Below are positions 42,446 to 53,076 of a DNA stretch of 64,000 bases, piece after piece (position 1 is the stretch's first letter; every line of letters starts with the position of its first letter). The notes under the pieces were generated by a model, which made no database searches, was not told where the DNA came from, and saw nothing but the letters and a program-made list of their open reading frames with translations. Made by a program: the position numbers and the translations under genes. The DNA is taken from assembly GCA_036507075.1 (NCBI GenBank), contig DASXQR010000003.1:43232-107231 (forward strand), in the 5' to 3' direction. The stretch comes from Acidobacteriota bacterium. Its GTDB lineage: Bacteria > Acidobacteriota > UBA6911 > JACQSX01.

Positions 42446-43381
42446 ATGTCGCCTGTTAGATTGCTTCTGACCGCACTTATCCCCCCGGCGCTTTTACTGA
42501 GCGCCTGTAGTCGCCATCCCGACTCCGCCGGCGCCGTCATGGATGGCGAACCTTCCAGGCAGGAAATTTCTTTCGCCCCTTCTCTCCCGGGGACCAAAGA
42601 CATGGTTTTTATTCCCGGCGGCAAATTTCTAATGGGCGCAGGCGATGGGATGCCTTACGAGGCGCCGGCGCATGAAGTCTCGGTCAAGTCGTTCCGGATC
42701 GATAAGCATGAGGTTACCGTGCGCGAGTTTTCCCGGTTTGTCAAAGAGACCGGATTCAAGACAGAAGCCGAAAAATTCGGATGGTCAGGCATTTTTAACG
42801 CCAGGACCGCCGAATGGGAAAAAGTCGACGGAGCAAACTGGCGACACCCCGACGGGCTTTCTTCTTCAGCCAGGGACGACGAGCCGGTCACCCAGGTTTC
42901 CTGGAATGACGCCTTGGCTTATGCCCGTTGGGCGCATAAGAGGCTTCCCACCGAAGCGGAGTGGGAATACGCTGCACGAGGCGGAATAGTGGGAAAAAAA
43001 TATGCGTGGGGCGACGAGCTTCGGCCTCACGGAAAGCCACCCGCAAACTGGTGGCAGGGTCACTTCCCGGAACATAACACAGGCGAGGACGGATATCTGG
43101 GACGAGCTCCGGTTGAAAAATTTCCACCGAATGGCTACGGCCTGTACGACATGACGGGAAATGTCTGGGAGTGGTGCGCGGACTGGTTTGATTCTGAATA
43201 TTACGCAGCCAGCCCCCGCGAAAACCCCGCCGGCCCGGGCAAAGGCGTCGAGCGCGTTATCCGGGGCGGCTCCTTCCTGTGCAGCGAGAATTACTGCACC
43301 AATTACAGAGTGGCGGGAAGAAGCCACGCCACGCCCGACAGTGGACTGAATAACCTGGGATTCCGCTGCGTCAAGGATTGA
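42446..43381 (+). CDS. Formylglycine-generating enzyme family lipoprotein
   Basis: Lipobox LSAC, RLPTEAEWEYAARG, GNVWEW, RGGSFLCSENYC, GFRC. Confidence 0.9.
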   Translation: MSPVRLLLTALIPPALLLSACSRHPDSAGAVMDGEPSRQEISFAPSLPGTKDMVFIPGGKFLMGAGDGMPYEAPAHEVSVKSFRIDKHEVTVREFSRFVKETGFKTEAEKFGWSGIFNARTAEWEKVDGANWRHPDGLSSSARDDEPVTQVSWNDALAYARWAHKRLPTEAEWEYAARGGIVGKKYAWGDELRPHGKPPANWWQGHFPEHNTGEDGYLGRAPVEKFPPNGYGLYDMTGNVWEWCADWFDSEYYAASPRENPAGPGKGVERVIRGGSFLCSENYCTNYRVAGRSHATPDSGLNNLGFRCVKD

Positions 43382-43455
43382 TCACGAATTTCCACGAATT
43401 CTCGCAAAGAGGCAAACCCAAAGAGTGGAGCCTCTTGGGGCCAGGGTTTCAAGAC

Positions 43456-44202
43456 ATGAAGCAAGCCTTCAGTTCTCTGCTTGTCGTTCTGCTTTTAGCC
43501 GGGCCCGGCTTTGAAGCCAGAGATGATTTTGAGGACGGCATGCAAGCGCTGCGCAGGAAGGAATATTCCACGGCTCTTTCCAAAATTGAAAGCGCCCTGG
43601 CCGCAGATCCGGACAACCTTCGTTATGCGAGTTACTATCGTCAGGCCGCGATCCAGTCCAAGCAGTACCAACGCTGTCTGAATTTCTTCGAAAAGCTGGC
43701 ACAGACCAACCCCGCGTCCTCCAATGTCGCCCTCAATTACGGTTTCGCCTGCGTGGACAAGATTCCTGATGCCGGAGTCTTTTCTCAGGTAATTCTTGCC
43801 AACAGAGCAATCTCGCTGTTTACCAAGGCCCTGGAGCTCCAAAAGAGCTGGATTGTCTACTACACTCGGGGTAACAGTTACTTGTACTGGCCGAAGGTGT
43901 TCAACCGCACCCGCCTGGCGGTGGCCGATCTGGAAGAGGCTCTGAACCTGCAAAAACTGGATAGGAAACGCAGCTACTACGTTCGCACTTACATATCTCT
44001 GGGTGACGCCTACTTGAGAATGGACAGTGTCGACAAAGCCAAGGCTGTCTGGCAGGAGGGATTGGCGTCATTTTCCGGAGATGCCCAACTGCGACAGCGA
44101 TTGTCTATGAACCTGGAAAGACTCAAGACGCTCATTTACAATACTTACAATCCCGCAAAACGCGTGGACACCAGGCTGGATGAGCTCTGGATGGAGCCAT
44201 AA
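43456..44202 (+). CDS. Exported TPR-repeat protein
   Basis: Signal-like MKQAFSSLLVVLLLA, TPR helices; ORF is open back to TTG 43378. Confidence 0.7.
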   Translation: MKQAFSSLLVVLLLAGPGFEARDDFEDGMQALRRKEYSTALSKIESALAADPDNLRYASYYRQAAIQSKQYQRCLNFFEKLAQTNPASSNVALNYGFACVDKIPDAGVFSQVILANRAISLFTKALELQKSWIVYYTRGNSYLYWPKVFNRTRLAVADLEEALNLQKLDRKRSYYVRTYISLGDAYLRMDSVDKAKAVWQEGLASFSGDAQLRQRLSMNLERLKTLIYNTYNPAKRVDTRLDELWMEP

Positions 44203-44207
44203 TTCGC

Positions 44208-45620
44208 GTGACGCCCGAAGAGTTTCGGACGATCGGATACAAAATCATCGACTGGATTGCCGAATATCGCGCCAGGGCAGCTGAACTACCTGTAATGCCA
44301 AGAGTGGGACCGGGCGACATCAAAGCCCAGCTTCCCACAGGGCCCCCCGAGCACCCCGAATCTTTTGCGGACATTTTGCAGGATCTTGACCGCATCATAT
44401 TACCCGGGTTGTTGCATTGGCAGCACCCGCGGTTCTTCGGATATTTTCCGTCCAATGGCCTTCTGTCCAGCGTTCTGGGCGATTACGTAAGCACCGGCCT
44501 GGGAGTATTGGGACTTTCCTGGCAATCCAGTCCCGCAGTCACCGAACTGGAGGAAGTGGTAACAGATTGGATGCGCCGCATGGTGGGTCTTTCAGAAAAC
44601 TGGATTGGTGTCATTCAAGACACCGCTTCTACTTCGACGCTAGTGGCGTTGTTGTGTGCCCGCGAGAAAACCACCCGCTACAGCCTCAGCCGCGGCGGCT
44701 TGCAGGCAGAGAAGCAGCCACTGGTGATCTATATCTCAGAGCAGAGTCACAGTTCCGTGAACAAGGCCGCCCTTCTTGCCGGATTCGGCAAGGAGAACAT
44801 CCGAATGGTAGTAACGGACGAAGGGAACGCAATGCGCTCAGACGAGCTCGATGAGCTCATCGAAACAGACATCTCCGCAGGTTTGCGGCCCTGCGCCATC
44901 ACCGCCACAACCGGGACGACCATATCGACGGCTTTGGATCCCCTGGAGCCGATCAGCCGGATTGCGCAAAAATACGGCGTCTGGTTGCATGTGGACGCGG
45001 CCATGGCCGGATCAGCCATGATTCTTCCCGAGTGCCGGTGGATGTGGCATGGAATCGAAAACGCCGATTCACTTGTCCTCAACAGTCACAAATGGCTCGG
45101 TGCTGCTTTCGATTGTTCGCTCTACTACGTTCGTGATCCCGACCATCTGGTGCGCGTCATGTCGACCAATCCGAGCTATCTGCGATCTGAGGCGGACAGC
45201 GAGGTCAAAAATCTGCGCGATTGGGGACTTCCACTGGGACGGCGCTTCCGCGCGCTGAAGCTCTGGTTTCTGATCCGGGAGCAGGGAATCGCCGGCTTGC
45301 AGGCGCGTCTTCGCCGGGACATCGCAAATGCGCAATGGCTGGCCGGACAGGTAAGCGCCGCACCCAACTGGAGAGTGTTGGCGCCGGTTCCTTTGCAGAC
45401 GATCTGCGTTCGTCACGAACCAGCCGGTCTGGAAGGGGATGCCCTTGACCGGCATACTCTGGCCTGGGTCGACCGCGTGAACCGCTCCGGTGGTGCTTAT
45501 TTGACCCCCGCAATCCTGCAGGGCAAATGGATGGTGCGGATCTCAATTGGATCGGTCCCCACCGAGCGCGAAGATGTTGAGGTCCTATGGCAATTGATGC
45601 GCCAGGAGGCAGAGACGTGA
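44208..45620 (+). CDS. PLP-dependent aromatic-L-amino-acid decarboxylase (group II)
   Basis: HWQHPRFFGYFP, LHVDAA, NSHKW, LGRRFRALKLW. Confidence 0.92.
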   Translation: MTPEEFRTIGYKIIDWIAEYRARAAELPVMPRVGPGDIKAQLPTGPPEHPESFADILQDLDRIILPGLLHWQHPRFFGYFPSNGLLSSVLGDYVSTGLGVLGLSWQSSPAVTELEEVVTDWMRRMVGLSENWIGVIQDTASTSTLVALLCAREKTTRYSLSRGGLQAEKQPLVIYISEQSHSSVNKAALLAGFGKENIRMVVTDEGNAMRSDELDELIETDISAGLRPCAITATTGTTISTALDPLEPISRIAQKYGVWLHVDAAMAGSAMILPECRWMWHGIENADSLVLNSHKWLGAAFDCSLYYVRDPDHLVRVMSTNPSYLRSEADSEVKNLRDWGLPLGRRFRALKLWFLIREQGIAGLQARLRRDIANAQWLAGQVSAAPNWRVLAPVPLQTICVRHEPAGLEGDALDRHTLAWVDRVNRSGGAYLTPAILQGKWMVRISIGSVPTEREDVEVLWQLMRQEAET

Positions 45621-45715
45621 AGTGGAGAGACGGCCCGAGGGCCGTCTCAGGGAATATCGCTGGATCGCTCTGCCGTCGACTTCGCCTGAGACGGCCCCCA
45701 GGCCGTCTCTCCTCT
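45621..45715. repeat. REP-like doublet (GGAGAGACGGCC..GGCCGTCTC)
   Basis: gagacggcccgagggccgtctc ... gagacggcccccaggccgtctc. Confidence 0.8.
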
Positions 45716-45790
45716 CTCTTTGGTTTTGTAAACAGCGCTCGCGTCGGATATGGTAGACGGTTGTGAGACGTCAAATACTGGAAGGTGCTC

Positions 45791-46447
45791 ATGAATAAGA
45801 CGGTCTTTCGCGCAGTGCTGTTGGCACAAGTCCTGACAATGTTTTCATTGCTGCTGCCGGCCCAAACCGCCAAGGGGAGAACTGCCAGGTCGACTGCATC
45901 GACCAAGGCCAAAGGATCTCCTGCTGCATCGATCAAGGCCAAGGGATCTACTGTCGTAAGGATGGAGACTTCGCTCGGGCCGATTGTTTTGCAGCTAAAT
46001 CCCGACAAGGCCCCCATTTCCGTCAAGAACTTTCTGGCATACGTCGATTCTGGTTTTTACAACGGAACGATATTCCACCGGGTGATTCCAACCTTTATGA
46101 TCCAGGGTGGAGGGTTCACGCCCGCCATGGTCAAGAAGACGACCAGGCCGCCGATCAAAAATGAGGCCGGCAACGGGCTGAGCAACAAAAGAGGAACAAT
46201 CGCAATGGCCCGGACGCCAGAAGTGGACAGCGCCAGCGCGCAGTTTTTCATCAACGTCCGCGACAACTCGGCAAGTCTAGATCACCGCGATAACTCCCCC
46301 GATGCCTACGGTTATGCGGTTTTCGGCAAAGTGATTTCAGGAATGGATGTGGTCGATAAAATCAAGAATGTGGCCACTACAACCAAAGGCAGTTATCAGA
46401 ACGTCCCCGTCCGCCCTGTAACCATTAAGTCTGTCAAACGCACATAG
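45791..46447 (+). CDS. ppiA: Periplasmic cyclophilin-type peptidyl-prolyl isomerase
   Basis: [34 protein letters not shown]; signal peptide. Confidence 0.9.
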   Translation: MNKTVFRAVLLAQVLTMFSLLLPAQTAKGRTARSTASTKAKGSPAASIKAKGSTVVRMETSLGPIVLQLNPDKAPISVKNFLAYVDSGFYNGTIFHRVIPTFMIQGGGFTPAMVKKTTRPPIKNEAGNGLSNKRGTIAMARTPEVDSASAQFFINVRDNSASLDHRDNSPDAYGYAVFGKVISGMDVVDKIKNVATTTKGSYQNVPVRPVTIKSVKRT

Positions 46448-46567
46448 GCAGAGACGGCGACTAGCGGCGCGGCCGTGGACCGTTGATTAGATTGGCGGCA
46501 GCAAACGGGTCAACTCCGGTCAACTTCTCGCTTTTTTAACAGAGTTTTGTCTGGCGCCTACATTCCT

Positions 46568-46659
46568 TCACCGCAGAGGCGCAGAGAACGCAGGGAATGC
46601 GCAGAGTTTTGTTTGCGTGTCTCTGCGCAACCTCTGCGTTCTCTGCGCCTCTGCGGTGA
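46568..46659. repeat. 9-mer inverted-repeat element (CGCAGAG family)
   Basis: tcaccgcagaggcgcagagaacgcag ... ctctgcgttctctgcgcctctgcggtga. Confidence 0.88.
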
Positions 46660-46748
46660 TTTTTGAATTCGATGACTCGTAATCCGTGATACTAATGACC
46701 ATTGACCGATGACCATTTCGGTTTCGTCCCTGGTTTTCACGGTGCGTC

Positions 46749-47408
46749 ATGCCTCAGATTTTTCATCGCAGTACAAACACACTTTCCAAGGCAAGCATTT
46801 TCGGAGCGGTCTTCTTCCTGGCGGCCCTTCTGTGGGTTATCGCCGAGGTAAACCGTTCCGCTTACAATACTGGAGCCTGGGTTGAACGAGCACAACCGGT
46901 GCAGTTCAGCCACAAGCATCATGTCGGTGATGACGGCATTGACTGTCGCTACTGCCATGCGTCTGTGGAGTATTCTGCTTCCGCCGGAATGCCAAGCACT
47001 CGAGTCTGCATGAATTGTCATTCACAGATCTGGTCCGAGAGCCCCTACCTGCAGCCGGTGCGCGAGAGCTGGCGCTCCGGGATGCCGATTCACTGGATCA
47101 GAGTCCATGATCTTCCTGACTTCGTGTATTTCAATCACAGCATCCACGTAAATAAGGGTGTCGGTTGCGTGACCTGTCACGGGCGGGTGGATCAGATGCC
47201 GCTGATGGCGCAGGTATCCTCGCTGCAGATGGAGTGGTGCCTTGACTGTCATCGTCATCCTGAGCGAGTGCTGCGGCCCCACGACCAGATTTACAACATG
47301 GCGTGGGAACCGCCGCCAAACCAGATTGCCCAGGGTCGCAGGCTGATGAACGAGTACGGGATACCTTCGCCGGTCCTGTTGACGAACTGTTCCACCTGTC
47401 ATCGATAA
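46749..47408 (+). CDS. actA: Alternative complex III pentaheme cytochrome c subunit
   Basis: Five CxxCH motifs (CRYCH, CMNCH, CVTCH, CLDCH, CSTCH); QPVQFSHKHH. Confidence 0.93.
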   Translation: MPQIFHRSTNTLSKASIFGAVFFLAALLWVIAEVNRSAYNTGAWVERAQPVQFSHKHHVGDDGIDCRYCHASVEYSASAGMPSTRVCMNCHSQIWSESPYLQPVRESWRSGMPIHWIRVHDLPDFVYFNHSIHVNKGVGCVTCHGRVDQMPLMAQVSSLQMEWCLDCHRHPERVLRPHDQIYNMAWEPPPNQIAQGRRLMNEYGIPSPVLLTNCSTCHR

Positions 47409-47415
47409 CTTCGCC

Positions 47416-50400
47416 ATGGCACCGGAAACCAATTCCAGAGGTTTGATCGCGCTTCGCGAAAGATTGAGCGGCGCCGGCGGGAAGGATTATTGGCGCAGTC
47501 TCGAGGAGCTTGCCGGCACGAAGGAATTTGAAGATTTCGTCGCAAGAGAATTTCCAGCCCAAGCCTCGGAATGGACCGATCCGGTGGGACGCAGAACCTT
47601 TCTGAAACTGATGGCCGCCTCGCTGGCGCTGGCCGGATTGGAAGCCTGCGCGCACCAACCGCCCGAAGAGGTCGTGCCGTTTGTGCGACAGCCCGAAGAA
47701 ATGGTTCCGGGAAAGGCGCTGTTCTTTGCCACCGCGATGACGCTTTCGGGGGTTGCCACGGGGTTGCTCGCCAAGAGCGTGGAGGGTCGTCCTATTAAGA
47801 TTGAAGGCAACCCGGAACACGCATCCAGTCTGGGAGCCACCGACATTTTGACTCAAGCCTCGCTGCTGACCTTGTATGATCCGGATCGCTCGCAAACCGT
47901 TACTTATCGCGGCGATATCCGGTCGTGGTCCTCCTTCCTTGTCGACATTCAGGTGACTCTGGAGAGGCTCCGCATAAAGCAGGGAGCGGGCCTGTATTTC
48001 CTTACTGAAACCATTACCTCGCCCACCGTCGCCGAGCAACTGAACGCGATAAGGTCCGACCTAGGGCAGGCGCAATGGCACCAGTACGACCCGGCGAATC
48101 GGGACTACGCCCGGGCAGGCGCGCTGCTTGCGTTGGGAAATGACGTAGAGACTGTTTACGCCGTGGATAAGGCCGACAGGATTATTTCGCTGGGCTCGGA
48201 TTTCCTGAGCTGCGGCCGCGGCCATCTGAAATACATTCGCGATTTCAGCGCCAGGCGGCGGGTTGCTCAGCCGGGCGATTCGATGAATCGGCTTTATGTT
48301 GTCGAGTGTACTCCCTCCAACACCGGCGCGAAGGCGGACCACCGGCTTTCAGTCCGCCCGAGTGAGATGGAGATCCTGGCGCGCGTCTTAGCTTCCGCAG
48401 TCGGCGCATCCTTCCCGGAAGGAACAGGAGCGCAGCAGCCGGGCCGGACAACGGAAGCGCAGGCAAAGTGGATTTCTGCAGCGGCCAGGGACTTGAGCGA
48501 GCATTCAGGGCAGTCGGTCGTGATTGCGGGAAACGAGCAGCCGCCCGCTGTCCACGCGCTCGCCCACGCGATGAATCAAAGACTGGGGAACGTCGGGAAA
48601 ACCGTGCTGTACACCAGCCCAATTGAAGCAAATTCCACCGATCAGACACAGTCGCTTCGCCAGCTCACTTCCGACATGGATGCCGGCAAGGTGGACGTGT
48701 TGGCCATCGTGGGCGGAAATCCAGTCTACAACGCCCCGGCTGACCTTAACTTTGCGCAGCGCATGGGGAAAGTGAACCTGCGCATCCATCTCAGTCTTTA
48801 TGAGGACGAAACCTCGGACCTGTGTCACTGGCACATTCCCGAGGCGCACTACCTGGAATCGTGGGGCGACAGCCGCGCGTATGACGGAACTGTGATGCTG
48901 ACGCAGCCGTTGATTGCTCCTCTTTATTACGGAAAGACAGCTCACGAATTCCTGGCCGCTTTCTCGGGCAAGCCGGAGCAATCCGGCTATGACATCCTGC
49001 GCGACTATTGGAAGAAGAATTGGACACGATTCGGGTCGGGTGATTTTGAACACTGGTGGAGGAAGTCTGTTCACGACGGCTTTGTGACCAACAGCGAATT
49101 CCTTCCAAACCCCGGCGCAGGCACTCAGGTCAATGCCGGGAAATCATCGCCGCCGCCAGGGCGCGCCGCCGGCGCATTCGAACAACAGCAGCCTATGGCA
49201 CCGTCGCCCGGCCTGCCCGGGCAAGCAGGTTCCCTTGAAATTCTGTTTCGCACGGATCCGGCCGTTTACGATGGACGATTCGCCAACAATGGCTGGTTAC
49301 AGGAGCTGCCCAAGCCGCTGACCAAGCTCACCTGGGACAATGCCGCAATGGTCAGTCCGAAAACAGCCGAGCGGCTGGGATTTTCGATGAGCGCAGGCGT
49401 GGAAGGTGGAAATTACTCCGTTGACGTCGTGGAACTGGGATATCGCGGACGAACTGTGCAGGCGCCGATTTGGATCCTGCCGGGCCAGCCGGATGACAGC
49501 GTAACCGTTCATCTTGGATACGGCCGATCCCGCGCCGGAAGAGTGGGCACGGCGGCCGGGTTCAATGCCTTTGCCATCCGGACTTCCGACAGTCCATGGT
49601 TTGCCACCGGTTTGAGCATTCGAAAGACCAGAATGCGCCATCGAGTTTCGTGCACGCAGTTACATCACACCATGGAAAACCGCGATCCGGTGCGCTCCGC
49701 GACGCTGGAAGAGTATCGCCGGCATCCGGATTTTGTTCGCGGGCATGCAGGCGATTCAGAAGATTCTCCGTCGCTCTATCCACGCCACGAATACAAAGGC
49801 TACGCCTGGGGGATGGCCATCGACACGACTGCCTGCGTCGGGTGCAGCGCGTGCGTTGTGGCTTGCCAGGCAGAGAATAACATTCCTGTGGTTGGAAAAG
49901 AGCAGGTTGGGCGCAGTCGCGAGATGCACTGGATTCGAGTGGATCGCTACTACCAGGGCAGCAGTGACGATCCGCGGACTTATTTCCAGCCGGTTCCGTG
50001 CATGCACTGTGAAAACGCACCCTGCGAGCCGGTTTGTCCCGTGGGGGCGACGGTTCACAGTGCCGAAGGATTGAACGAGATGGTCTACAACCGGTGCGTC
50101 GGCACCCGTTACTGCTCGAACAACTGCCCATATAAGGTGCGGCGCTTCAATTTTCTGCTTTATTCGGACTGGAACACTCCCAGCCTGAAGCTGGCGCGCA
50201 ATCCGGAGGTGACTGTTCGGAGCCGCGGGGTCATGGAAAAGTGCACCTATTGCGTGCAGCGCATCAATGCCGCGCGTATTGAAGCAGAAAAGGAAAACCG
50301 TTCGATCCGCGATGGGGAAATTGTCACCGCGTGCCAGGCATCGTGTCCGGCGGAAGCGATCGTTTTCGGAAATATCAAGGATCCGAACAGCCGGGTTGCG

Positions 50401-50514
50401 AAGCTGAAAGCTCAGCCGCGCAATTATTCGCTGCTGGCGGATTTAAATACGCAGCCGCGCACCACTTATCTGGCCGTGGTGCGCAATCCCAATCCCGAAC
50501 TGGAAAAGTCCTAG
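47416..50514 (+). CDS. actB: ACIII molybdopterin-oxidoreductase-like / Fe-S subunit
   Basis: YWRSLEEL leader, GRRTFL Tat motif, C-terminal NrfC-like Cys clusters. Confidence 0.93.
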   Translation: MAPETNSRGLIALRERLSGAGGKDYWRSLEELAGTKEFEDFVAREFPAQASEWTDPVGRRTFLKLMAASLALAGLEACAHQPPEEVVPFVRQPEEMVPGKALFFATAMTLSGVATGLLAKSVEGRPIKIEGNPEHASSLGATDILTQASLLTLYDPDRSQTVTYRGDIRSWSSFLVDIQVTLERLRIKQGAGLYFLTETITSPTVAEQLNAIRSDLGQAQWHQYDPANRDYARAGALLALGNDVETVYAVDKADRIISLGSDFLSCGRGHLKYIRDFSARRRVAQPGDSMNRLYVVECTPSNTGAKADHRLSVRPSEMEILARVLASAVGASFPEGTGAQQPGRTTEAQAKWISAAARDLSEHSGQSVVIAGNEQPPAVHALAHAMNQRLGNVGKTVLYTSPIEANSTDQTQSLRQLTSDMDAGKVDVLAIVGGNPVYNAPADLNFAQRMGKVNLRIHLSLYEDETSDLCHWHIPEAHYLESWGDSRAYDGTVMLTQPLIAPLYYGKTAHEFLAAFSGKPEQSGYDILRDYWKKNWTRFGSGDFEHWWRKSVHDGFVTNSEFLPNPGAGTQVNAGKSSPPPGRAAGAFEQQQPMAPSPGLPGQAGSLEILFRTDPAVYDGRFANNGWLQELPKPLTKLTWDNAAMVSPKTAERLGFSMSAGVEGGNYSVDVVELGYRGRTVQAPIWILPGQPDDSVTVHLGYGRSRAGRVGTAAGFNAFAIRTSDSPWFATGLSIRKTRMRHRVSCTQLHHTMENRDPVRSATLEEYRRHPDFVRGHAGDSEDSPSLYPRHEYKGYAWGMAIDTTACVGCSACVVACQAENNIPVVGKEQVGRSREMHWIRVDRYYQGSSDDPRTYFQPVPCMHCENAPCEPVCPVGATVHSAEGLNEMVYNRCVGTRYCSNNCPYKVRRFNFLLYSDWNTPSLKLARNPEVTVRSRGVMEKCTYCVQRINAARIEAEKENRSIRDGEIVTACQASCPAEAIVFGNIKDPNSRVAKLKAQPRNYSLLADLNTQPRTTYLAVVRNPNPELEKS

Positions 50515-50515
50515 T

Positions 50516-51904
50516 ATGCAACAGACACCGCGCCAGGCAGGTCAGGCCAAGCCGGGTTACCCGTCGCGGGTGCTCGGTCCCGGGCATACTCTTGGCACTG
50601 TCACCGACAAGATAAGCTCGATTGTTTTGACCCGTCGCACTCCGTGGGGCTGGTTCATCGGATTCGGTATTTCATTCACGCTGGTCATGATCATGACGTT
50701 GGCCATCGGATACCTGGTGGTAAAGGGCACAGGAATCTGGGGCGTGAACGTCCCGGTTGGCTGGGGTTTTGCCATCGTGAACTTTGTCTGGTGGATCGGG
50801 ATCGGCCACGCGGGAACGCTGATTTCCGCCATCCTTCTTCTGCTGCGGCAGCAATGGCGCACGTCCATCAATCGCTTCGCCGAAGCGATGACGCTGTTCG
50901 CGGTCGCCTGCGCCGCCCTTTATCCGGTTCTGCATCTTGGCCGCCCCTGGCTCGCGTATTGGCTTTTTCCATATCCCAACACAATGCAGATCTGGCCGCA
51001 GTTCCGCAGCCCGTTGATCTGGGATGTATTCGCTGTTTCGACCTATGGCACTGTCTCTCTGCTGTTCTGGTTTGTCGGATTAATTCCGGATCTGGCGACG
51101 CTTCGCGATCGGTCTCGCAGCCGCTTGGGACGGATCGCTTACGGGATTCTGGCAATGGGCTGGCGCGGGTCGGCTCGGCATTGGCATCGCTACGAGACAG
51201 CCTACCTGCTGCTGGCCGGGCTTGCCACGCCGCTGGTGATTTCAGTTCATACGGTGGTGAGTCTTGATTTTGCTGTTTCGATTGTCCCCGGCTGGCATTC
51301 CACGATTTTTCCGCCTTATTTTGTCGCGGGCGCGATTTACTCCGGTTTCGCCATGGTAATGACGCTGGCCATACCATTGCGCAAGGTCTATGGACTGGAA
51401 GACTTCATTACCTTGCGGCATATCCAGAACATGGCGAAGGTGATGCTGGCGACCGGGTTGATCGTGGCGTATGGCTACCTGATTGAAGTTTTTATGGGCT
51501 GGTACAGTGCAAATACCTATGAGAAGTTCGTGGTGTTCAATCGCATGACGGGACCGTACGCAAAGTTTTATTGGGCGTTGATACTGTGCAATGTGATCAC
51601 ACCCCAGTTGTTGTGGTTCCGCCGGGTCAGGAACAACATCGGCCTGCTTTTTGTGCTTTCCATTGTGGTAAATATCGGAATGTGGTTGGAGCGGTTTGTC
51701 ATCGTGATTACCAGCCTGCACCGTGATTTTCTTCCTTCCTCCTGGGGCATGTACTGGCCCACGGTATTTGATTGGGCGACTTACGTCGGGACGATCGGTC
51801 TGTTTTTGAGCCTGCTCTTTTTGTTTATCCGTTTTCTGCCGATGATATCCATCTTTGAGATGAGAACCATCCTGCCCGAAGCCGACGTGGCTAATCGAGA
51901 GTAA
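50516..51904 (+). CDS. actC: ACIII NrfD-family membrane subunit
   Basis: [35 protein letters not shown]. Confidence 0.93.
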   Translation: MQQTPRQAGQAKPGYPSRVLGPGHTLGTVTDKISSIVLTRRTPWGWFIGFGISFTLVMIMTLAIGYLVVKGTGIWGVNVPVGWGFAIVNFVWWIGIGHAGTLISAILLLLRQQWRTSINRFAEAMTLFAVACAALYPVLHLGRPWLAYWLFPYPNTMQIWPQFRSPLIWDVFAVSTYGTVSLLFWFVGLIPDLATLRDRSRSRLGRIAYGILAMGWRGSARHWHRYETAYLLLAGLATPLVISVHTVVSLDFAVSIVPGWHSTIFPPYFVAGAIYSGFAMVMTLAIPLRKVYGLEDFITLRHIQNMAKVMLATGLIVAYGYLIEVFMGWYSANTYEKFVVFNRMTGPYAKFYWALILCNVITPQLLWFRRVRNNIGLLFVLSIVVNIGMWLERFVIVITSLHRDFLPSSWGMYWPTVFDWATYVGTIGLFLSLLFLFIRFLPMISIFEMRTILPEADVANRE

Positions 51905-51906
51905 CC

Positions 51907-52414
51907 GGAGGCAGGAGGCAGGAGGCGGAAGGCAGAAGGCGGAAGGCGGAAGGCGGAAGGCGGAAGGCGGAAGGCAGGAGGCAGGGGGCAGGGGGCAGGA
52001 GGCAGCAGGCAGGAGGCAGCAGGCAGGAGCGTGATCGACGCCATCAGTACCGCGATCCGTCATCGACGCCATCAGTACCGCGATCCGTTAGGTCGCGGCG
52101 GGGAATGTAAGTCGACTCGTTGCCACCGCTGGATCGAAGGCAGAAGGCGGAAGGCGGAAGGCGGAAGGTAGGAAGCAGGAGGCAGGAAGCAGGAGGCAGG
52201 AGGCAGGGGGCAGGAGCGTGATCGACGCCATCAGTACCGCGATCCGTTAGGTCGCGGCGGGGACTGTAAGTCGACTCGTTGCCACCGCTGGATCGAAGGC
52301 AGAAGGCGGAAGGCAGAAGGCAGAAGGCAGAAGGCGGACACTGAAAGACTGAAAGACTGAAAGACTGAAAGACTGAAAGACTAACGACGAACCACAGACT
52401 ACGGACCACTGACT
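51907..52414. repeat. Composite insert: GGCAGGA/GGCGGAA arrays, copies of a ~79-bp element, ACTGAAAG octamers
   Basis: Element copies at 52034 (partial), 52062 and 52221; octamers about 52340-52382. Confidence 0.9.
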
Positions 52415-52420
52415 ATTCCA

Positions 52421-52963
52421 ATGCCCATAACAAGACCGGCTACTTACGGGTTGATGGCAGAATTCGAAGATGCTTTGAGCCTTGTTGCTGCGGCGCGGCG
52501 CGCCTACCAGGAGGGCTATCGAAGACTGGACGCGTTTTCACCCTTTCCCATTGAGGAGTTGGCCGAGGCGATCGGATTCCACCGCAATAACTTGCCGATG
52601 ATCGTTTTGATCGGCGGCGTGCTGGGATGCGCAGGCGGGTATCTGCTTCAATATTATGTTTCCGTGATCGCGTATCCTTTAAACGTCGGTGGAAAACCGT
52701 TACACAGCTGGCCATCTTTTATTCCCGTCACGTTCGAGACGACGGTTCTCGTGGCAGCGCTGGCGGCTGTGCTTGGGATGCTGGCGCTAAACGGGCTGCC
52801 CTTGCCTTACCACCCTGTTTTCAACGTCAAAGACTTCGAAAGAGCGACAAGGGATCGATTTTTCCTGTTAATTGAATCGCTGGATCCAAGGTTCGATCGC
52901 GAGCAGACCGCGGCATTTTTGAGAAGCCTGAATCCTGTTCAGGTCTCCGATGTTGACCACTGA
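52421..52963 (+). CDS. actD: ACIII subunit D (DUF3341)
   Basis: YGLMAEF, DAFSPFPI, GGKPLHSWPSFIPVTFE. Confidence 0.9.
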   Translation: MPITRPATYGLMAEFEDALSLVAAARRAYQEGYRRLDAFSPFPIEELAEAIGFHRNNLPMIVLIGGVLGCAGGYLLQYYVSVIAYPLNVGGKPLHSWPSFIPVTFETTVLVAALAAVLGMLALNGLPLPYHPVFNVKDFERATRDRFFLLIESLDPRFDREQTAAFLRSLNPVQVSDVDH

Positions 52964-53076
52964 GGACCAAGCGGAATGCGGAATGGGGAATGCGGAATGC
53001 GGAATGGGGAATGCGGAACGATGAGCCTTGAAGCTGAGCGAAAGGGAAAGAGTAAGACTCTACGGGCCTTGGGCAA

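Noticed and set aside
47416..50514. Annotation as an active molybdopterin oxidoreductase or formate dehydrogenase
   Set aside because: Context and domain order identify it as ActB, whose Mo-domain-like part is not known to bind the cofactor.
52034..52299. Possible CRISPR or tRNA from the repeated ~79-bp unit
   Set aside because: The intervening sequence is heptamer array rather than spacers; no cloverleaf, T-loop or CCA end.
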